The translations under genes were made by a program, and so were the position numbers. 18,604 nt of DNA from Elusimicrobiota bacterium (GTDB lineage Bacteria; Elusimicrobiota; Elusimicrobia; UBA1565), in NCBI GenBank assembly GCA_043819795.1, contig JBDREN010000050.1, forward strand, positions 1 through 18,604, in the 5' to 3' direction. The notes beneath the pieces were generated by a model that was given only the letters and a program-made list of their open reading frames with translations, ran no database searches and was not told the DNA's origin. Positions 1 to 5,726 of the stretch are shown piece by piece. How positions within the stretch are numbered: the stretch's first letter is position 1; each line of letters starts with the position of its first letter.

Positions 1-217
1 GCCCGTGGCAAAAGTATTTCGGATGGCGAAATCGCCTGGAGCGAGCCGAGCCAAGGCGCGACGAGGGAGCATCCCTCGACGGGATGTGACCGAGGAGGCC
101 GCTTCCCAACGGCGTCTGGACGCGGCACTTCCTCGCGATAATGCTCGGTCGCAACGCAGGCGCAGGCCGCTTCCAGGCGATTGCAGGCCCCGGAAGACTT
201 TTGCCACGGGCTGCTAG
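1..217. mobile_element. MITE-like non-autonomous element / fold-back repeat, left end probably truncated by the window edge
   Basis: Perfect 15-bp inverted repeat GCCCGTGGCAAAAGT (1-15) / ACTTTTGCCACGGGC (197-211), followed by TGCTAG (212-217). Nested 11-bp IR AATCGCCTGGA (30-40) / TCCAGGCGATT (172-182). Internal hairpin CATCCC-TCGAC-GGGATG (70-86). No credible coding capacity. The end resembles the TAGCAGCC..G..AAAA termini I recall for IS5/IS1182-related MITEs (family assignment is inference). Confidence 0.7.
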
Positions 218-813
218 GCCTTGGCGTCTTTCAGGCAGGCCACGGCCATCCTGCCCGCGCTCTCCAGGACGGCCACGTCTTTGTGGGCTTTCGCGCAAAG
301 CTGGGCTCCCTGGTGCAGGCAGATGACCGCCTGGGCCGTCCCGGCCGGGTCGAACCCGTCCCGGAAATAGCCCTTGTCCCGCCACTGCTCGAAGTGGCGG
401 GTGAGGTCCGAGGTGAGAGAATACAGACCCCGCGACACTCTTATCCGCAGGACCTCGTTCACGTCGCTGATCTCCTGGGCCAGGTTGCCGAACGGACAGC
501 CGCGGCGGCAGCCGGTCCTGCTCATCCGGAGCACGGTGTCCGCGAAGAAACGCTCGACGACTTCGGCTGGCTCCATGTCGTGCCGGCTGAACAGGTGCGT
601 CACCTCCTCGATCACGGGCTTGCTCCCGTGCTCGAGCATCGCCAACGCGAGGTTCTCCTTGCGGGGGTAGTAATAGAAGAGGTTCGCCTTCTTGATGCCG
701 GCCGCGGAGGCCACGTTCTCCATGCTGACGCCGTTGTAGCCCCGCTCGTGGAAAAGATCGAAGGCAGCCTCTAGGATGCTCTGTCGCGCTTCAAGGTTCA
801 TTCTTCGGCTCAT
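214..813 (-). CDS. TetR/AcrR family transcriptional regulator (NemR/LmrA-YxaF-like C-terminal domain), 199 aa
   Basis: N-terminal HTH signature ILEAAFDLFHERGYNGVSMENVASAAGIKKANLFYYYPRKENL. C-terminal GCPFGNLAQE motif typical of this subgroup. Purine-rich GGTGGTGAG just upstream of the ATG. Confidence 0.95.
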   Translation of the reverse strand: MSRRMNLEARQSILEAAFDLFHERGYNGVSMENVASAAGIKKANLFYYYPRKENLALAMLEHGSKPVIEEVTHLFSRHDMEPAEVVERFFADTVLRMSRTGCRRGCPFGNLAQEISDVNEVLRIRVSRGLYSLTSDLTRHFEQWRDKGYFRDGFDPAGTAQAVICLHQGAQLCAKAHKDVAVLESAGRMAVACLKDAKA

Positions 814-872
814 AGCATCTCACCACCCAAGGACTTTCTGGTCCCGCATCCGCCGGCTATCGCATTATTCTT

Positions 873-902
873 AGTTTAACCCCCTAACGTGGGAAATGTC
901 AA
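873..902 (-). promoter_or_regulatory. Putative sigma70 promoter of the tetR gene
   Basis: Minus strand reads TTGACA (902-897), an 18-nt spacer, then TAAACT (878-873), in an AT-rich patch about 60 bp upstream of the ATG. The -35 lies inside the palindrome TGTCA-A-TGACA (897-907). Confidence 0.65.
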
Positions 903-961
903 TGACAAATCGCTGACTACTATGAAGAAATTGTGACTATAAATAAAGCGCTTTTTTTATG

Positions 962-990
962 ACCTTAATAAATACGGACCGGTCGTCCAA
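962..990 (-). promoter_or_regulatory. Candidate TetR operator overlapping a possible second promoter
   Basis: Palindrome GGAC-CGGTC-GTCC (976-988) resembles the TAGACC-N4-GGTCTA type box of NemR-like regulators. It overlaps minus-strand TTGGAC (990-985)-17 nt-TAAGGT (967-962). Confidence 0.4.
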
Positions 991-1094
991 CCTTGGGATG
1001 AAAACGTCTGCGGACGCGCCCCGTGCGTGCGCCCTTTCTCGTCGGAAATCCGTCCAAAAGGGGGCTCAAGGGGGATTCACATGTCGCCTGGGCC

Positions 1095-1145
1095 CGCTGA
1101 CAAAAGTGTCAGCGACCTGTCAGGATTGTCAGGATTCTGTCAGGA
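1095..1145. promoter_or_regulatory. Cluster of TGTCA motifs, putative transcription-factor binding array
   Basis: Perfect inverted repeat CGCTGACA-AAAG-TGTCAGCG (1095-1114). TGTCA starts at 1107, 1118, 1127 and 1138; the last three read TGTCAGGA. Confidence 0.5.
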
Positions 1146-1180
1146 CCTGCGGCCCGGGCGAGTCCCCGGATGTTTCCCGG

Positions 1181-1217
1181 CATAAGAGACCCGGCCCGGC
1201 AGGACGCCGGGCCGGGT
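1181..1217 (-). terminator. Probable terminator hairpin downstream of the 1351-aa gene
   Basis: 12-bp perfect stem ACCCGGCCCGGC (1189-1200) / GCCGGGCCGGGT (1206-1217) with a 5-nt loop, 25 bp after the stop. Only a weak U tract follows (CTCTTAT on the minus strand). Confidence 0.6.
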
Positions 1218-1242
1218 ACTCCGGCAGACGGACCGATATCGC

Positions 1243-4200
1243 CTACTTGTTCTTGCCCGTCCCCGGCCTGTCGGGCTGGGCGCTCACTTCCGTCCATTTC
1301 TGCATGAGCCCGGGCGAGCACCCCTTCTTCACGTGCCCCTCGCCCGCTCCCAGCGCCGCCGCGATCTGGCGGCACGTGCAGCCCCGCGTCGCCGCCATGT
1401 CGTAGACCGCGCTCTGCGCGCCGTCCGGGCCCATCTCGAACGCACCGAACGCCGCGTCCCCGTTCTGCCCGTACTGGTTCGGGTTCAGCGCCATGGCGTC
1501 GAGCGCCGAGTCCGGGCACGCGTCCGCCTCACCGTCGTAGCCGTCCGGCACCCCGTCCGCGTCCGAGTCCGCGGGCGCGCCCGCCGCGTAGTGGCTGAAG
1601 TGATCCACGGCCACCGTCAGCGTGTCGTTGACCGTGTCCACCGTCGCCCCCAGAGCCTCCCACAGGTCCGACTCCGGGATGTACCGGTAGATGTCGAGCT
1701 TCGCCTCCATCCGAGGATTCGACAGCTGCGACTGGTCGTAATGGAACACCAGCGTCACCGGCGCGTCGAAGCTCGCCCCCGACGGCATGATGTCGTAGTG
1801 CATCAGGACGAGCGAGCCCCCCTTGGTCGTCCGCACCTCGAAGTTGCTCTGGTCGCTCACCAAGCTCACGGTGGTCGGGTCGCTGATGGCGCCGGGATCG
1901 AAGCTGACGTCCAGCACCCCCTCGACGCTCACCGTGCCGCCCGCGGCGCCCACCACGGCGCTCGCGTCGCCGTCTTCTCCGTTCGGCACCTCGTCGCCGT
2001 CTATGCTGTCGTCGCACACGTCTCCCTGCCCGTCATCATCGTAGTCCGTCTGGTCCGGGTTGTAGTCGGCCGGGCAGTTGTCTTCGAAGTTCAGCACCCC
2101 GTCGTCGTCGTCGTCGCAGCCCTCGTCCACCGTCCCGTCGCAGTCGTTGTCCACCGCGTCGCAGACCTCTTCGGCCCCGGGGTGGATTTCCGAATTCGAG
2201 TCGTCGCAGTCGCCGGCGCACACATACGCGCCGTCGCCGTCCGCGTCGTCGACCACCCCGCAGCCGCACACCCCGGACTCGGTCTTGGCGGCGTCGTTGG
2301 GACACTGGTCATGGCAGTCGGCTGTCCCGTCGCCGTCCGAGTCCGTGTCGGGCACGCCGCAGCCGCAGATGCCCGGCTCGATCTTGTCGGCGTCGTTCGG
2401 ACACTCGTCATGGCAGTCGGCTGTCCCGTCGCCGTCGGAGTCCGTGTCCGCCACGCCGCAGCCGCAGATTCCCGGCTCGGTCTTGCCGGAGTCCGCCGGG
2501 CACTCGTCGATGCAGTCCGCCGTCCCGTCGCCGTCCGAGTCCGTGTCGGCCATGCCGCAGCCGCAGATGCCCGGCTCAATCTTCTCAGAGTCCGCCGGAC
2601 ACTCATCGATGCAGTCCGGGGTCCCGTCGCCGTCGGAGTCCGTGTCCGCCACCCCGCAGCCGCAGATCCCCGGCTCGGTCTTGTCCCCGTCATCCGGGCA
2701 CCCGTCATGGCAGTCGGACGTACCGTCGCCGTCGGAGTCCGTGTCCGCCACCCCGCAGCCGCAGATGCTGGGCTCGGTCTTGTCGGCGTCATCCGGGCAC
2801 CCGTCATGGCAGTCGGACGTGCCGTCGCCGTCCGAGTCCGTGTCGGCCGTGCCGCAGCCGCAGATGCCCGGCTCGGTCTTGCCCGGATCGGCGGGACAGT
2901 CGTCGGCGCAGTCCGGGGTCCCGTCGCCGTCCGAGTCCGTGTCGGGCACGCCGCAGCCGCAGGCGCCCGGCTCGGTCTTGCCCGGATCGGCCGAACAATC
3001 GTCTATACAGTCCGCGGCGCCGTCTCCGTCGGAGTCCGTGTCCGCCACGCCGCAGCCGCAGATCCCCGGCTCGGTCTTGGCCGCGTCGTAGGGGCAGTCG
3101 TCGACGCAGTCCGCGGTCCCGTCGTCGTCCGAGTCCGAGTCCGACACACCGCAGCCGCAGCTCCCCGGCTCGGTCTTGACCGGATCGGCGGGACAGTCGT
3201 CAATGCAGTCCGCGGCCCCGTCGCCGTCCGAGTCCGTATCCGCCGCGCCGCAGCCGCAAATCCCCGGCTCGGTCTTGCCCAGGTCGGCGGGGCAGTCGTC
3301 GATGCAGTCCGCCGTCCCGTCGCCGTCCGAGTCCGTGTCGGGCACGCCGCAGCCGCAGGCCCCGGGCGCGGTCTTGTCCGGATCGTCCGGGCACGCGTCG
3401 TCCACCACCGTTATCTCCGTCGAGTCCTCGCCTTCGGCGAGCTCATCGTCGGCGGCGGTCAAGGTCGCGATGTAGGCGCCCGCGGCGTCCGGAGTGAAGC
3501 TCGCCGTGAGGCCCGCGCCCAAGGAGACCTGGCTGCCGTCGGGCTTGGTCAGGGTCCACTCGTAGGTCATCGGATCATCGTTGGGATCGGTGGCCGTGCC
3601 GCTCAGGGTCACCAGCTGCCCGATATTCGCCGTCTGCGGAGGCCCGGCCTCCACCGTCGGCGGGAAGTTCCGGTCCGGATACCAGAAGAACTGGGCCCGG
3701 TGCGCGTATTCGTGCTCGTCCACGGTATAGACGACATAATTCGCATCCACCGCGATGTCATACATGAATATGAACTCCCCGGGGTCGGTCCACCCATACG
3801 TCCCCAGCCTGGACAGGAGCTTTCCCGTGGGGTCGAACTTCTGGAAGCGGCGGCCGTTGATCTCGGTCACGTAGATGTTGCCCTCCGGGTCCACCTCGAT
3901 CCCCTTGGCGTAGCTCAGCATCCCCTGGGCGAAATGGAGGAGGAAGTTCCCCTGCGCGTCGTACTTGATGATGCCGCTCAAGTCGGAGTTCTGTCCCTCG
4001 CTCACGTAGATGGACCCATCCGGGCCCACGGCCACGTCCATGCACTCTATGCGCGAGGCGCTGGTCCAGTTGTAGAGGCCGAACGACATCAGCAGGTTCC
4101 CCTCGGGATCGAATTTTTGGATCCTCTTATTGCCTCTCTCGATCACGTAGACGTTGCCGTCCTTGTCCACGTTGATGCCCCGGGCGCTGTTGAACTGGCC

Positions 4201-5298
4201 GGGGCCGGATCCGACGCTGCCCCATTTCTTAAGGAAGACGCCGTCGCAGGTGAATTTCTGCACGCGCGCGTTCCACGGGTCGCTATAGCCGCCTTCCACG
4301 ACATAGAGAAGGCAGCTGTCGCCGGTGTCGTAGACCGCCAGGTTGGTGGCGTAGTAGAAATGGCCGTCGCCCTTGCCCTCGCGCCCGATCTCAACGATCA
4401 GGTTGCCCTGCCGGTCGATCTTGCGGACCCTTCTGGAGAACAGGGCATAGAAATTGCCCTGGTTGTCGGCATCCATGGCGTGGACATAAGAGATGGCCAT
4501 CATCAGGTCCGGATCATCCACCATCCCGAGAAAGACCGGCGGGTCCTCCACCGGGGTCACCGCGTTGATGAGCTTGATCAGGAGGGGCCCCGGCTCGTAC
4601 GACTCCCGCTGGTTCACGGGCCCGTCGTAGTCGATGATGTTGGTCGCGTCGAAGAACCTGTAGTAGAAGTACTTGCTATGAGCCCCGTCCACGCGCATCT
4701 CGTAGATGCCTCCGATCTCCTTCGGGCCGGTCGACACGGTCAGCCCCGCGAACCTGGGCGGCACGCTCTGGCCCTCGGGATCGTAGACCTCGATGGGGAT
4801 GTCCGTGCGCATCTGGAAGACGATCCTGACGATGGTCTCGTTCAAGGGGTTGGAGCTGTAGGTCCCCTGCGTGGCGAAGTCGAACACCTGCCCGGATGCG
4901 TAGTAATGGTCGTACACCAGCGTGTTCGTCATGCCGAACTGCACGTTCAATATCCTGAAGCCGTATCCCATCTTCGACGTGTTGGCGACCTGAAGGTACG
5001 CGTACTTGGTCCAAGGGCCGCCCTGCGTCGCGCCGTCGAGCATCACCACATCCAAGGTGGGTGCCCTGTGGTAGGGGTAGCTCGTCACCGGCGTGACCAT
5101 CCCGGACCCATAGATGTACCACTGGGTGTCGGGCAGGAGGTTGCCGGCCTCGTCCATGGATTCGAACCTGACGGGCTCGTCCGCTGAGGCCAGCAACGGG
5201 ACAGCTGTCGCCGCGAACGCAAAGACAAGGCACAAGAGAGCGGCCTGACCCATCGTCCTCGCCGCCGCGCCGGTCCATCCTGAATCGATGGTCTTCAT
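1243..5298 (-). CDS. Secreted NHL beta-propeller / PKD / thrombospondin type-3-like calcium-binding repeat protein, 1351 aa
   Basis: RBS GGAGGT (5309-5304) 5 nt before the ATG. Sec signal peptide ending A-S-A|DE (~aa 39). Unassigned Tyr-rich domain (~5180-4560). NHL repeats such as GINVDKDGNVYVIERGNKRIQKFDPEG (~4550-3680). PKD-like domain (~3670-3400). Twelve 33-aa Cys/Asp repeats. MopE-like motif DCDDSNSEIHPGAEEVCDAVDNDCDGTVDEG. TSP3 motif DNCPADYNPDQTDYDDDGQGDVCD. ZU5-like domain (~1960-1580). Cys-rich C-terminus. Confidence 0.93.
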   Translation of the reverse strand: MKTIDSGWTGAAARTMGQAALLCLVFAFAATAVPLLASADEPVRFESMDEAGNLLPDTQWYIYGSGMVTPVTSYPYHRAPTLDVVMLDGATQGGPWTKYAYLQVANTSKMGYGFRILNVQFGMTNTLVYDHYYASGQVFDFATQGTYSSNPLNETIVRIVFQMRTDIPIEVYDPEGQSVPPRFAGLTVSTGPKEIGGIYEMRVDGAHSKYFYYRFFDATNIIDYDGPVNQRESYEPGPLLIKLINAVTPVEDPPVFLGMVDDPDLMMAISYVHAMDADNQGNFYALFSRRVRKIDRQGNLIVEIGREGKGDGHFYYATNLAVYDTGDSCLLYVVEGGYSDPWNARVQKFTCDGVFLKKWGSVGSGPGQFNSARGINVDKDGNVYVIERGNKRIQKFDPEGNLLMSFGLYNWTSASRIECMDVAVGPDGSIYVSEGQNSDLSGIIKYDAQGNFLLHFAQGMLSYAKGIEVDPEGNIYVTEINGRRFQKFDPTGKLLSRLGTYGWTDPGEFIFMYDIAVDANYVVYTVDEHEYAHRAQFFWYPDRNFPPTVEAGPPQTANIGQLVTLSGTATDPNDDPMTYEWTLTKPDGSQVSLGAGLTASFTPDAAGAYIATLTAADDELAEGEDSTEITVVDDACPDDPDKTAPGACGCGVPDTDSDGDGTADCIDDCPADLGKTEPGICGCGAADTDSDGDGAADCIDDCPADPVKTEPGSCGCGVSDSDSDDDGTADCVDDCPYDAAKTEPGICGCGVADTDSDGDGAADCIDDCSADPGKTEPGACGCGVPDTDSDGDGTPDCADDCPADPGKTEPGICGCGTADTDSDGDGTSDCHDGCPDDADKTEPSICGCGVADTDSDGDGTSDCHDGCPDDGDKTEPGICGCGVADTDSDGDGTPDCIDECPADSEKIEPGICGCGMADTDSDGDGTADCIDECPADSGKTEPGICGCGVADTDSDGDGTADCHDECPNDADKIEPGICGCGVPDTDSDGDGTADCHDQCPNDAAKTESGVCGCGVVDDADGDGAYVCAGDCDDSNSEIHPGAEEVCDAVDNDCDGTVDEGCDDDDDGVLNFEDNCPADYNPDQTDYDDDGQGDVCDDSIDGDEVPNGEDGDASAVVGAAGGTVSVEGVLDVSFDPGAISDPTTVSLVSDQSNFEVRTTKGGSLVLMHYDIMPSGASFDAPVTLVFHYDQSQLSNPRMEAKLDIYRYIPESDLWEALGATVDTVNDTLTVAVDHFSHYAAGAPADSDADGVPDGYDGEADACPDSALDAMALNPNQYGQNGDAAFGAFEMGPDGAQSAVYDMAATRGCTCRQIAAALGAGEGHVKKGCSPGLMQKWTEVSAQPDRPGTGKNK
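2250..3402 (-). repeat. Intragenic tandem array, 12 x 99 bp (33 aa; consensus CPxDxxKTEPGICGCGVADTDSDGDGTADCxDx)
   Basis: GCAGCCGCA (the CGC codons) recurs at 2260, 2359, 2458, 2557, 2656, 2755, 2854, 2953, 3052, 3151, 3250 and 3349, an exact 99-bp period with no indels. Confidence 0.97.
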
Positions 5299-5391
5299 AG
5301 CCCACCTCCGAACGTCATCCAGATCTGCGACGCGCGCCTCTCTGCGCGCTCTCTTCCAACACCCTCACGGTCGCCCGGAGAGCGAAGTCCT

Positions 5392-5431
5392 TTTATATAT
5401 ATAACCCCGCTCCGGCTCAAAGTCAATGACA
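5392..5431 (-). promoter_or_regulatory. Putative sigma70 promoter of the 1351-aa gene
   Basis: Minus strand reads TTGACT (5426-5421), a 17-nt spacer, then TATATA within a TA-rich run (5403-5392). The -10 match is imperfect. It has the same TGTCATTGAC-W-N12-GGGG(G)TTA layout as the tetR promoter. Confidence 0.55.
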
Positions 5432-5663
5432 GACCGCCGACAAAGATATTGTAAATAGCTCTACAAAAACAATGCTTTTTCTATTTGTCAGCCCGGCACC
5501 GCATCATCGAGCGAACCCGCATCGGAAACGACGCGGACTCACGCCGCATGCCGGCTTTTCTCGTCGGAAGGCCGCCCCGGCGCGAGCGCGGGGCTTGCCC
5601 ATCTCCGCTCGGGAGCGGGGGAAAAATGTCAGCGCCCTGTCAAGCGAGGGGGGGATTCACGCG

Positions 5664-5707
5664 AAAAAACGAGCTCCGGGCAGGTCTTTTCCCGCCCGGA
5701 GCTCGTT
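5664..5707 (-). terminator. Rho-independent terminator of the giant gene
   Basis: 14-bp perfect stem AACGAGCTCCGGGC (5668-5681) / GCCCGGAGCTCGTT (5694-5707) running into T6 on the minus strand (A run 5664-5669), 19 bp after the stop codon. Confidence 0.85.
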
Positions 5708-5726
5708 GCCCGGCCCGCCGGCTCGC

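Noticed and set aside
5..774. Plus-strand ORFs 5-217, 141-326, 181-774 and 374-670
   Set aside because: They overlap the MITE-like element or are antisense to the clear TetR gene, and show no protein-like features or transposase motifs.
959..1519. ORFs 959-1405 (+) and 1109-1519 (-)
   Set aside because: They cross a terminator hairpin, regulatory motifs and the end of the real gene; composition is not protein-like.
2250..3402. Regular repeats as a possible CRISPR array
   Set aside because: The period is a multiple of 3, the units are in-frame coding with synonymous variation, there are no unique spacers and no cas genes.
1333..5187. 1284-aa plus-strand ORF
   Set aside because: Antisense shadow of the 1351-aa gene. 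Its V/R/A/G-rich translation mirrors the repeats; high-GC codon bias removes stops on the opposite strand.
5391..5404. Short TA run as a phase-variable microsatellite
   Set aside because: Only about five units; more simply explained as the AT-rich -10 region, and there is no evidence of length variation from a single sequence.
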